From a virus (taxonomy: Duplodnaviria; Caudoviricetes), in the IMG/VR virus record IMGVR_UViG_3300010362_000062, positions 1 to 33,674 of that record: 33,674 bases of DNA. The stretch is one strand, 5' to 3'. The notes under the pieces were generated by a model. It made no database searches, was not told where the DNA came from, and saw nothing but the letters and a program-made list of their open reading frames with translations. The translations under genes and the position numbers were made by a program. Below, piece after piece: positions 23,366 through 31,547 of the stretch. The stretch's first letter is position 1; each line of letters starts with the position of its first letter.

Positions 23366-24754
23366 GTGGTCACGTTGAAGCGCCCGGCGCGCCTGTTTTC
23401 CTTTGCTGACTGGAACAAAGACCGCCCGAAAGAACCGCCACCGGGTGATCGGCTCGACGCGCAATTCCTCGAACTGATCGATGCCATCGCGCAGACGCAG
23501 GCCGCGCTCGCCGAGATCAGGCGCGATGACGGCAAGTTGAACAACGAACTCATTGGGCCGGAGCAGCTTGCTGCCAATCTGCGCGTGGCACTGACCGGCG
23601 ACGTGCGCGGTGAACTGTTACCATTGCAGCAGTCGATCAGCGGCACCGCGCGCAGCGCGCAGGATGCCGAGCGCAATGCGCAACTGTTCGCCGAGGATGC
23701 CGAGCGTGCGCTCATCGTCGCGCGCCAGATGATCTCCGACTGGAATGTGATCCGCGAAGCAGCGGCGCGCGCCTCCGATTTTGCGCAGCGCTCGGCGCGC
23801 TCCACCGACATCAACGCCACCGAGGCCGAGGACTGGGCCAACTATTCGAAGGCGCAGGCCGACAACGCCATCGCGGCGAAAGACGAGTCGCTGCAGTGGG
23901 CCGAGTATCTCGCCGGTCCCGTAGTCGACCCGCTGCAAGCGCCGCAGTACATCGCTGAGTCAAAATTCCCCAATGGATATTTTTATCAGCCGGTCGAGGG
24001 CGCGCCCGGTGGATTGTTCAGCGCCAAGTGGTGGGCGCTGCAGGCCTACAATCTGGTCGGCGCTGCCGGAATTTATTATCTCGGCGCGTGGGACACGCCG
24101 CCGCTGCCGGGCGAGGTCAACCCCGACACTGGCCAGCGCGTGCCTGATCCGCTCAAGCCCGGCTCGCTCTACTTCAACCCGAACAGCGGCACGCTCTACG
24201 TCTGGAACGGCACGCAGTGGACGTCGCCGACCGCGCTGGCGCAGGCCTACGTCGGTCAATTCCTCTACACCGCGACTGACGGGCAGACGGTTTTTTCCGG
24301 CGAGGATGACACCGGCAACGCGCCGAACGTCGGCGCATCGCCGTCCGACATCCACGTTAACGGCGTGCGCCTGATCGCAGGCGAGGATTGGTCGGTCGCC
24401 AGCAATGTGCTGACCATCAACACGCCGCTGCGCGCGGGCGACATGGTGCAGTGGGACCTGCTGATCCCGGCGGGCAAGCTGGCACCCGGCACGGTCAACG
24501 CCTTCAAGATGAAGCCGGTCGCGCTCGACGGCAGCACGCAGGATTTTCCGCTGCAGTACATCGACCCAGACTCGGGTGACACGGTCGACGCCAGCGTCGG
24601 TGACGGCAACCAGTTGATGGTCTCGCTCGACGGCTGCATTCAGGAGCCGGGCAAGGACTACACCGCCAGCGGGGCGACGATTCATTTTGCCGAAGCACCG
24701 GGCGCAGATGCTGCGCTGTGGATCATCTGGTACCAGCCGGGAGCCATCGCATGA
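23366..24754 (+). CDS. Virion structural protein, probably a tail-fibre attachment/adaptor
   Basis: Coiled-coil N-half; GSLYFN..LYVWNG, VNGVRL...DW and LDGCIQEPGKDY beta-repeat motifs; first gene of the late block. Confidence 0.6.
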   Translation: MVTLKRPARLFSFADWNKDRPKEPPPGDRLDAQFLELIDAIAQTQAALAEIRRDDGKLNNELIGPEQLAANLRVALTGDVRGELLPLQQSISGTARSAQDAERNAQLFAEDAERALIVARQMISDWNVIREAAARASDFAQRSARSTDINATEAEDWANYSKAQADNAIAAKDESLQWAEYLAGPVVDPLQAPQYIAESKFPNGYFYQPVEGAPGGLFSAKWWALQAYNLVGAAGIYYLGAWDTPPLPGEVNPDTGQRVPDPLKPGSLYFNPNSGTLYVWNGTQWTSPTALAQAYVGQFLYTATDGQTVFSGEDDTGNAPNVGASPSDIHVNGVRLIAGEDWSVASNVLTINTPLRAGDMVQWDLLIPAGKLAPGTVNAFKMKPVALDGSTQDFPLQYIDPDSGDTVDASVGDGNQLMVSLDGCIQEPGKDYTASGATIHFAEAPGADAALWIIWYQPGAIA

Positions 24755-26184
24755 GCCAGAACGCGCGCGTTGCCTTGTGGGTGCCGACCGCCGACCCGCC
24801 CGACGCGGTCAACGACGGAATTTTGACCAACGATGCGCCCAACAGCCTGAAGGTGATCCCGACGCGCTTCGATGTTGGCGGCGGCGGTAGTGGTGGCGGC
24901 ATCGAAGAAGCACCGATCAACGGCCAGCCCTATTCGCGGCAGGACGCTGGTTGGGTTTTGGCGAGCAGCGGCGGCGGCGTCGAAGAAGCGCCGGAGGACG
25001 GTAGTCTCTATGCGCGCAGCGATGCCGACTGGAGCAACATCACGCCGATGCTGGCGCTGAAAGCGCCGCTCAACTCGCCAACATTTCTCGGCGACCCGAA
25101 GGCACCGACGCCTGCGCCGGGAGACAACGACACCTCAATCGCAACCACTGCCTTCACCAAGAACGCGGTCGACACGGCGGTGGCCGGTCTGCCTGCACCA
25201 CCTGCGCCAGCAACGGTTCCGCCGCTGATCGACGGCACCGCTGCAGTCGGCGCGTCGGCCAAGTATGCGCGCGAGGATCACGTTCACCCGGTCGATTCCA
25301 CCCGCGCGCCGCTCGCTTCGCCGGTCTTTACCGGTGACCCGAAGGCACCGACGCCGACTGCGGGTGACAACGACACCAGCATTGCGACGACTGCTTTCAC
25401 AAAAAATGCCATCGACACTGCGGTGGCTGGCATTCCATCGCCGCCATCGCCGTCCTCGACAACGCCAGCAGGACTTGGTCCGGGCGCGGTCGGCGCATCT
25501 GCGCTCTACGCCCGCGCCGATCACGAACATCCTTCGTTTTTCCGCAAGTACAGCACGATCCCGGCGGGCACGTTCGATTTTAATACGCTTTTTGATGACG
25601 GCTATTACAACACCGGCACATTCACCAACGGGCCACCGGGAATTAGCGGGTGGGTTTTTGTTGCGATACAGACGCACTCAAACATTGGTAGCGGGTATAG
25701 CGTCCAGCGGCTCACCACTATGCAGACCTTCCCCATGCAATACTGGATGAGGTATTGCGACAATAATACTTGGCAACCGTGGGTGCGGTTGCTCGACGCC
25801 AGCCAGATCGCGACGGCTGCTGAGTTTCTCGCCAACACCGCCAGCAAAATTCTCACCACCGACAAGGTATGGGCGGCGGCGGCACCAATCACGTTGACGG
25901 ACGCTGCGAGTGTTGCTCCCAATTTCAGTCTGGGCATCAACTTTTATTGGCCGCTGGGCGCTGCCGGTCGCACGCTCGCCAATCCAACGAATCAAAAGAA
26001 CGGACAGACTGGCACCATCCGCTTCAACACGACGTCAGGCAGCATCACAACGTGGGGTTCTGACTGGAAGTTTGCAGGTGGCATCAAACCGACAACGACA
26101 GCAGCCGCCACCTATGACGTTCTCACCTACTCTGTAATCGGCGCAAATTTTATCTGCTGCTCGTTCTTGGCGGATGTGAAGTAG
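24751..26184 (+). CDS. Tail fibre protein 1 (knob-like domain)
   Basis: EAPxDG..Y.R repeats, KAPLNSP.F.G.P.APT..GDN.T.IATTAF repeats, AREDHVHP motifs and a knob-like DFNTL..GYY...WQPW region. Confidence 0.8.
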   Translation: MSQNARVALWVPTADPPDAVNDGILTNDAPNSLKVIPTRFDVGGGGSGGGIEEAPINGQPYSRQDAGWVLASSGGGVEEAPEDGSLYARSDADWSNITPMLALKAPLNSPTFLGDPKAPTPAPGDNDTSIATTAFTKNAVDTAVAGLPAPPAPATVPPLIDGTAAVGASAKYAREDHVHPVDSTRAPLASPVFTGDPKAPTPTAGDNDTSIATTAFTKNAIDTAVAGIPSPPSPSSTTPAGLGPGAVGASALYARADHEHPSFFRKYSTIPAGTFDFNTLFDDGYYNTGTFTNGPPGISGWVFVAIQTHSNIGSGYSVQRLTTMQTFPMQYWMRYCDNNTWQPWVRLLDASQIATAAEFLANTASKILTTDKVWAAAAPITLTDAASVAPNFSLGINFYWPLGAAGRTLANPTNQKNGQTGTIRFNTTSGSITTWGSDWKFAGGIKPTTTAAATYDVLTYSVIGANFICCSFLADVK

Positions 26185-26193
26185 GAGGCAAAC

Positions 26194-26346
26194 ATGCCCG
26201 TTAACGTCGAAGTGCCCGAAGGCAAGGTGCTGACAGTCACCGGACCAGCGAAAGCAATCATCACTGTCGATCCCGGCAAAGGCGATCTGGTGAAGCTGGA
26301 TGATGTCGAAATCATTCCGCCCGGCCCGCCACCGGAAGCCAAGTGA
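26194..26346 (+). CDS. Small hypothetical protein (50 aa, MPVNVEVPEG...)
   Basis: Translated by hand; AGGAGG RBS. Confidence 0.6.
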   Translation: MPVNVEVPEGKVLTVTGPAKAIITVDPGKGDLVKLDDVEIIPPGPPPEAK

Positions 26347-26423
26347 GGACACAATGCCGAAACGCCCGAAACGCAAAGCCAAAGTGAAACCCAGCAACAA
26401 GAGCAAACGGAGGAGAAAAAAAA

Positions 26424-26642
26424 ATGACGAGCGATGATGACAAGAAGAAACCTGCCTCACAGAACACGACGTCGCAGCAAGGCTCGCGGCCCGACACCAA
26501 GAAGCAGGGCGGCGCAGCCAAAGGTGGCGACGACCCGATGGGCCAGCCGAGTGGACCGTCGCCTGCACCGAATCCTGAGAGCGCGCCGGGCGGCGATAAG
26601 GTCGGCGGTGATCCGAACGCGCCAGCCGAGAAGAAGGACTGA
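26424..26642 (+). CDS. Disordered small protein
   Basis: GGAGGAG RBS; Gly/Pro/charged composition. Confidence 0.55.
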   Translation: MTSDDDKKKPASQNTTSQQGSRPDTKKQGGAAKGGDDPMGQPSGPSPAPNPESAPGGDKVGGDPNAPAEKKD

Positions 26643-26890
26643 TGTGGCCGGTCGACCAACCCAATCACGTTTCGCTGCTAAGAAAATTCTTGGCAGCGAA
26701 GCGTGAGGGCACGACTGCGGTCAAAAAACCTGATCCGTGGCCCTATCCAGCGGATACTCCGCACAACGTGATCAGGATGTGCACCGGACAGATGCTCGCG
26801 GTGAACGAGTCGAATGAGGTCTATGCAAATTACGAGCCGCCCGAGGCGCAACAACTACCAACGGAGCAGCCACCTCCAGTAACTGATTAG
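26642..26890 (+). CDS. Hypothetical protein (82 aa)
   Basis: TGATG coupling; AAGGA RBS. Confidence 0.55.
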   Translation: MWPVDQPNHVSLLRKFLAAKREGTTAVKKPDPWPYPADTPHNVIRMCTGQMLAVNESNEVYANYEPPEAQQLPTEQPPPVTD

Positions 26891-26902
26891 GAGTGATTGC
26901 TC

Positions 26903-28279
26903 ATGACTTCGCACTACCGGCACCGCCGCACATCCATCGCCGCCACCCCGTTTCCGTCACCGATTGAGCCGGGCGAGATCGTCACCAACACGGCGAACCG
27001 CCAGCTTGCGGTCGGCGATGCAGCGTCTGGCTCGCTCGGAGTGCCAAAGCCGCTGATCGCGGTGCGCTACTACGACGACCTCGCCCAATACATCCAGAAC
27101 GATGTCTGCGTCGGCCCCTTCGGCGGCGACCTGATGTTTCTCAAGGTGGCGGGAAAATTGCCGGGGCCGTTCAACTACGATGACTGGGAGCATTTCGCCA
27201 CCCAGAGCAACACGCAGGTGCTGATCGATGGCGTCATCGCCGCATTTCAGGACGCTGATCAGGGGCTGGCTGAGAGCATCGACTATCTGAACACGCTGAA
27301 AGTCAACAAGGCTGGCGACACCATGACCGGCCCGCTGACGTTGCCCCTCGCTGCGCCAGCGACCAACGCGCAAGCCGCCAACAAAAAATACGTTGACGAC
27401 GCGGTTGCGGCGGCAACCGGCGGCGGCGGCTCGACCGCGTCGGGCATTATCAACGTGCCTGCGGGCGGCATCTCGGCCACCAATGTGCAGGACGCGCTCA
27501 ACGAACTCGACAATGAAAAGGTGAGCGCCAGTGGCACACCCGCGTTCGTCGCAACGCCAAGCGCCCCGCCACCACCGGCCAACGACAATTCGACCAAGCT
27601 GATCAACAGCCAGTGGTACGCCGGGCAGGCATCGTCCGCCGCTCCTGCGATGGACGGCGCGGCTGCGCCGGGCACGTCGCTGATGTTTGCGCGCGGTGAT
27701 CATGTTCATCCGATTGATACCTCGCGCGCCCCGCTCAACTCGCCAGCGTTCAGCGGCGTGCCGACTGGCCCGACCGCTGCGGTCGATACCAACACGACGC
27801 AGCTTGCCACTTGCGCGTTCGTGCTGGCGCAGCCGGTCAACAACATCGCCAATGGCATCGTCACCTTCATCAAGATGGCATCGTCGGCGATTGCGACGAC
27901 GGCGGAATTTCTGGCGAATGCCGCCAACAAAATTCTCACCGCAGATCGCGTGTGGGCGGCGGCGGTGCCTGTGACGCTGGCCGATAGTGCGACCGTGACA
28001 CCGGACCTGAACACCGGAATTGACTTTGTGTGGACGCTGGGCGCTGCCGGTCGCACGCTCGCCAACCCGACCAACGCCAAGCTGGGCCAGAAGGGCATGA
28101 TCTATCTGGTGCAGGACGCAATCGGCGGGCGCACGATCACGACGTGGGGCACCAACTATAAATTCTCCGGCGGGCTGAAGCCGACGCTGTCCAGCGCAGG
28201 TAACACGGTCGACGTGCTGTCATACGCGGTGAAGTCGGCCACCGAGATCGAATGCTTCTTTGCGGAGGGGATGGCCTGA
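26903..28279 (+). CDS. Tail fibre protein 2, with a C-terminus paralogous to fibre 1
   Basis: KAGDTMTGPL, AANKKYVD, ATNVQDALNEL, RGDHVHP and APLNSPAF motifs; shared C-terminal ~120 aa. Confidence 0.8.
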   Translation: MTSHYRHRRTSIAATPFPSPIEPGEIVTNTANRQLAVGDAASGSLGVPKPLIAVRYYDDLAQYIQNDVCVGPFGGDLMFLKVAGKLPGPFNYDDWEHFATQSNTQVLIDGVIAAFQDADQGLAESIDYLNTLKVNKAGDTMTGPLTLPLAAPATNAQAANKKYVDDAVAAATGGGGSTASGIINVPAGGISATNVQDALNELDNEKVSASGTPAFVATPSAPPPPANDNSTKLINSQWYAGQASSAAPAMDGAAAPGTSLMFARGDHVHPIDTSRAPLNSPAFSGVPTGPTAAVDTNTTQLATCAFVLAQPVNNIANGIVTFIKMASSAIATTAEFLANAANKILTADRVWAAAVPVTLADSATVTPDLNTGIDFVWTLGAAGRTLANPTNAKLGQKGMIYLVQDAIGGRTITTWGTNYKFSGGLKPTLSSAGNTVDVLSYAVKSATEIECFFAEGMA

Positions 28280-28280
28280 C

Positions 28281-29300
28281 ATGCCGCTGCCCGGCATCAC
28301 ACCGGTCCCGGTCGCGGCGGCGCTCGCTGGCGAGTTCTTCCAGACGCCGGTCGTCAATCTGAGCGGGCAGTCGAGCGGCTCGATTGTCATCCCGACCGAC
28401 AGCAAATTGATTCTCGCCACGCTCTACAACGTCAATGGCGGCGCGGCGATCTGGACTCCGATCCTGCGCGGGCGTGTCGGTGGCAGCGATGCTGTTGCGA
28501 ACTATCTCGGTACGGGCGGAAGGGTGACCGGCCCGACCGGCGGTGGTCCATCGACAACGCAGTTTGCGATGAGCGACTGGCCTGCGAACTCCATCGTCAA
28601 CGGCGATGTTGTGTTGGCGAAGCATCCCACGGCAAATCTCTACGGCTGTCGCTACATGCTCGGCACGCGGTTGGGTTCGCCAACGCAGCTTCAGCAATAC
28701 GCTGGCATCATCGGTAGCCCGACTGCGTTGTCAGGGCCGCTGTCGGGCCTGACGCTGTCAGCATCGGCGGTGTTCTCATCGGGGCAGATCAGCGCGCTCT
28801 GCATCAAAAACCCGACGCAGGGTGCCGTCGCCATTGCAGCCAGCACAAGCCAGTTGATGACCGGCATCCCCGCCACCGCAAAGACGATCTACGTCGCGTG
28901 GCACAATGCTTCGATGGCCGGTGGCCCGCGTCTGCGGCTGGGTCATGCGGGCGGTATCGTCACCAGCTACGACTCGTTTTGCATCATGCAGAATCTGTCC
29001 GGTGGAACGCAGGCAACGGCTGGCTCGACGGCAGGTTTCGACAGCTACAGCACAGGCGGGTCGCCCCTCGCTTATCAGGGCATGGCTTGTCTGACGTTGG
29101 CGGACCCGACCAACAATATCTGGGCCTGCACGATGTTCACGGGTGAGACGACGAATGCGGCGGGCAGTGGCTCCAATTACGGGTTCACCGTGCAGGGGCA
29201 GGTGGCGCTGCCTGCCGTCCTCGACCGCATCGAGTTCTCAAGCCTCACTGGTGCCGCCCTGAGCGCGGGCGGCGACGTGTTCTGGTCAGCAATCGGGTGA
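28281..29300 (+). CDS. Tail-associated beta-rich protein
   Basis: Gly/Ser/Thr-rich; follows the fibre genes; its C-terminal domain resembles the next gene product. Confidence 0.6.
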   Translation: MPLPGITPVPVAAALAGEFFQTPVVNLSGQSSGSIVIPTDSKLILATLYNVNGGAAIWTPILRGRVGGSDAVANYLGTGGRVTGPTGGGPSTTQFAMSDWPANSIVNGDVVLAKHPTANLYGCRYMLGTRLGSPTQLQQYAGIIGSPTALSGPLSGLTLSASAVFSSGQISALCIKNPTQGAVAIAASTSQLMTGIPATAKTIYVAWHNASMAGGPRLRLGHAGGIVTSYDSFCIMQNLSGGTQATAGSTAGFDSYSTGGSPLAYQGMACLTLADPTNNIWACTMFTGETTNAAGSGSNYGFTVQGQVALPAVLDRIEFSSLTGAALSAGGDVFWSAIG

Positions 29301-29304
29301 TGCG

Positions 29305-29769
29305 ATGCAGGTAACAGCAACGCAAACACTCTCAGGCGGCGGCGTCACCTTTAGCGGCATCAAGCCGTCAACGACGCTGGTCTACCTGTCGCTGGCCGCT
29401 GCCAAGATGTCGACGTCGGGCAGCATCCGCGTTCGCTTGGGCACCGCCAGCGGGCTGGTGTCAGTCAACTACGACTGCGTGACGCAATGGCTGACCGCAA
29501 CGCAGGGCATCCACAACAGCACCGTCGATTTTATGATGGAGTACGTCAGTGGCGCGCAGCATCCCGGCAATGGGCACCTGATCTTCACCTCCGTCGATCA
29601 GAAAAATTATCTGTGGGCCTACAGCGGCGGCTTCGGCCTTCGGTTGACGGGGTACAACTCAGTTGCCGCCGGTCGGCTGTCGCTCGGCGGGCAACTGACG
29701 CAACTGCAAGTCTTTCCGTCGACCGGCACCTTTACCGGTGGCACCGCCAACCTCATCACGGGTGGATGA
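29305..29769 (+). CDS. Tail-associated beta-sandwich protein
   Basis: VTFSGI...VRLGTASG..Y...L.G.LTQLQV..STGTF pattern, paralogous to the C-terminus of the preceding gene. Confidence 0.6.
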   Translation: MQVTATQTLSGGGVTFSGIKPSTTLVYLSLAAAKMSTSGSIRVRLGTASGLVSVNYDCVTQWLTATQGIHNSTVDFMMEYVSGAQHPGNGHLIFTSVDQKNYLWAYSGGFGLRLTGYNSVAAGRLSLGGQLTQLQVFPSTGTFTGGTANLITGG

Positions 29770-29770
29770 C

Positions 29771-30013
29771 ATGCTGCCCACACTCATCGCAGCGGTTTTC
29801 TTTCTGGTCCACTCGCCGGGCGGCAGCGACATCGCTCTCAATTCAGCGGAGGTGTCCAGCATCAGGCAGCGCGCCGAGATGCCAGACCAGCACGAGGATG
29901 TTCGCTGCGTGATCGTCATGACGAACGGACTGAGCATTGGCGTCATCGAGACATGCCGCGAGGTCATCAATGCGATGGCCGAGGCCGACAAAAAATCTGG
30001 GAGCAAACCATGA
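29771..30013 (+). CDS. FlbD-like small protein
   Basis: G..IALN..EVSSI...VIVMTNG..IGVIET..EV matches the FlbD-family pattern by eye. Confidence 0.5.
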   Translation: MLPTLIAAVFFLVHSPGGSDIALNSAEVSSIRQRAEMPDQHEDVRCVIVMTNGLSIGVIETCREVINAMAEADKKSGSKP

Positions 30014-30789
30014 CACAGACCAATCCACTGGTGGTTGATCTCTCGCACTGGGACCCCGCCGACGACTACGAGGCTGTCGCCGAGAGCGGCATTGTCGGCG
30101 TGATCTACAAGGCGACCGAAGGCCAGTCGTACACCGACCCGACCTACGTCGCGCAGCAGCAGGCGGCAAAGCGCGCCGGTCTGCAGTGGGGCGCGTACCA
30201 CTTCGCCGACAGCAGCATGGTGCAAGGCCAGATCGACAACTTCATGCGCTTTGCATGCCCCGACCCTGACGAACTGTTCTGCCTCGACTGGGAGGACAAT
30301 GGCGGCGACACGATGGATGTCGACGACGTGATCCGCTGGGTCGAGGGCGTTGAGGCCCGGCTCGGTCGCCGGGGCGAGTGCGTCCTCTACGGCGGCAACA
30401 CCGTCAAGGAGAACGCACCGAACAACAGCTTCCTGATGCAGCGCCGCCTGTGGCTCTGCCAGTACGGCAGCACGCCGACGCTGCCGGATGGCTGGGAGAA
30501 TTACTGGCTCTGGCAGTACACCGACGGCGTCTACGGGCCAACGCCGCACACCATCGACGGCATCGGTCCCTGCGACATCAACCATTACGACGGCAGTGCC
30601 GAACAACTGATCGCCGAGTGGGCGACGGGTGATTCCGATGTGACGCCGCCTGTGCCGCCCGACCCCGACGACGTGATCAACCTCATCGTCGCCGCGCCCA
30701 AGGGCACCACGCTGAGAGTCAGGCAGATCAGCTACGACCAGATACGCGACATCCGCCGACGTGGCATCAAAAGAGGAGAGCGCCAATGA
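30010..30789 (+). CDS. GH25 muramidase (endolysin)
   Basis: DLSHW, YKATEG, GAYHF, LDWE and WLWQYT motifs. Confidence 0.92.
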   Translation: MTQTNPLVVDLSHWDPADDYEAVAESGIVGVIYKATEGQSYTDPTYVAQQQAAKRAGLQWGAYHFADSSMVQGQIDNFMRFACPDPDELFCLDWEDNGGDTMDVDDVIRWVEGVEARLGRRGECVLYGGNTVKENAPNNSFLMQRRLWLCQYGSTPTLPDGWENYWLWQYTDGVYGPTPHTIDGIGPCDINHYDGSAEQLIAEWATGDSDVTPPVPPDPDDVINLIVAAPKGTTLRVRQISYDQIRDIRRRGIKRGERQ

Positions 30790-31121
30790 AGAAAATTATT
30801 TGCGTGCTGATCGCAACGCTGTTTGTGCTGCCAACAACCGATGCGCTCGCGAAAAAGCGCAAGCACGTCGTCATCCACAAGCCGTCACCAGCCTGCTCGA
30901 CGCCGGGCTGCGATCAATGGAGCAAGGGCAGCGTGCCGCTCGTCGCCGTGCCGCCGATTGCAGTCGCCTTTGACATTGCGCGCCGCACCTCATGCGACCC
31001 GCGCATCGCGGTATCGACCGGTCCCGGCGATCCCGGTTTCGATCCTGCCGGGCCGAAGGTCGGCAATTTCCTGATCCCGGCGATCAACCGGCCCGGCGCA
31101 TGCAATCGCGGGAGGCTCTAA
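30786..31121 (+). CDS. Secreted Cys-containing protein
   Basis: Signal peptide MKKIICVLIATLFVLPTTDALA; AGGAG RBS. Confidence 0.65.
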   Translation: MKKIICVLIATLFVLPTTDALAKKRKHVVIHKPSPACSTPGCDQWSKGSVPLVAVPPIAVAFDIARRTSCDPRIAVSTGPGDPGFDPAGPKVGNFLIPAINRPGACNRGRL

Positions 31122-31285
31122 TGCCGCCAAAATCTGAAGCACAGCGCAAGGCCATGCGCGCCGCTGCCGCTGGCAAGTCGACGCTCGGCATTCCGAAAAA
31201 AGTTGGCAAGGAGTTCAGCAAGAGTGATCCCGGCGGCAAATTGCCGAAGCGCAAAAAAATCTCGCGCCTGCCGGAGATGAAGTGA
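31121..31285 (+). CDS. Small basic protein (MPPKSEAQRKAMRAAA...)
   Basis: GGAGG RBS; MPxKSxAQ motif resembles small basic phage proteins. Confidence 0.7.
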   Translation: MPPKSEAQRKAMRAAAAGKSTLGIPKKVGKEFSKSDPGGKLPKRKKISRLPEMK

Positions 31286-31295
31286 GGAGGAAACA

Positions 31296-31520
31296 ATGAT
31301 CGAAGCAGTCATCTACGCGCTGATTTATGTCTGCCTGCTCGCGCTGGTCATCTACCTGATCATCTGGGTGCTGCAGACAATTGCAGGCATCGCACTGCCG
31401 CCGAAAGTGATTCAGATCATCTGGGTTATTTTCGCGCTGGTGTGCCTGCTGATCTTGGTGCGGCTTTTACTTCCGCACTTCGGCAAGCTGGCCGGAGCCG
31501 TGCTGCCGCTGTTCGTATGA
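31296..31520 (+). CDS. Two-TM membrane protein, holin candidate
   Basis: Highly hydrophobic 74-aa ORF near the endolysin; GAGGAGG RBS. Confidence 0.6.
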   Translation: MIEAVIYALIYVCLLALVIYLIIWVLQTIAGIALPPKVIQIIWVIFALVCLLILVRLLLPHFGKLAGAVLPLFV

Positions 31521-31547
31521 CGAGCAGAACGTACTGAGGTGTGAGTG

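Noticed and set aside
24751-28279. Diversity-generating retroelement (TR/VR pair) in the fibre genes
   Set aside because: There is no reverse transcriptase in the window, both repeat copies are coding, and the differences are not confined to adenines.
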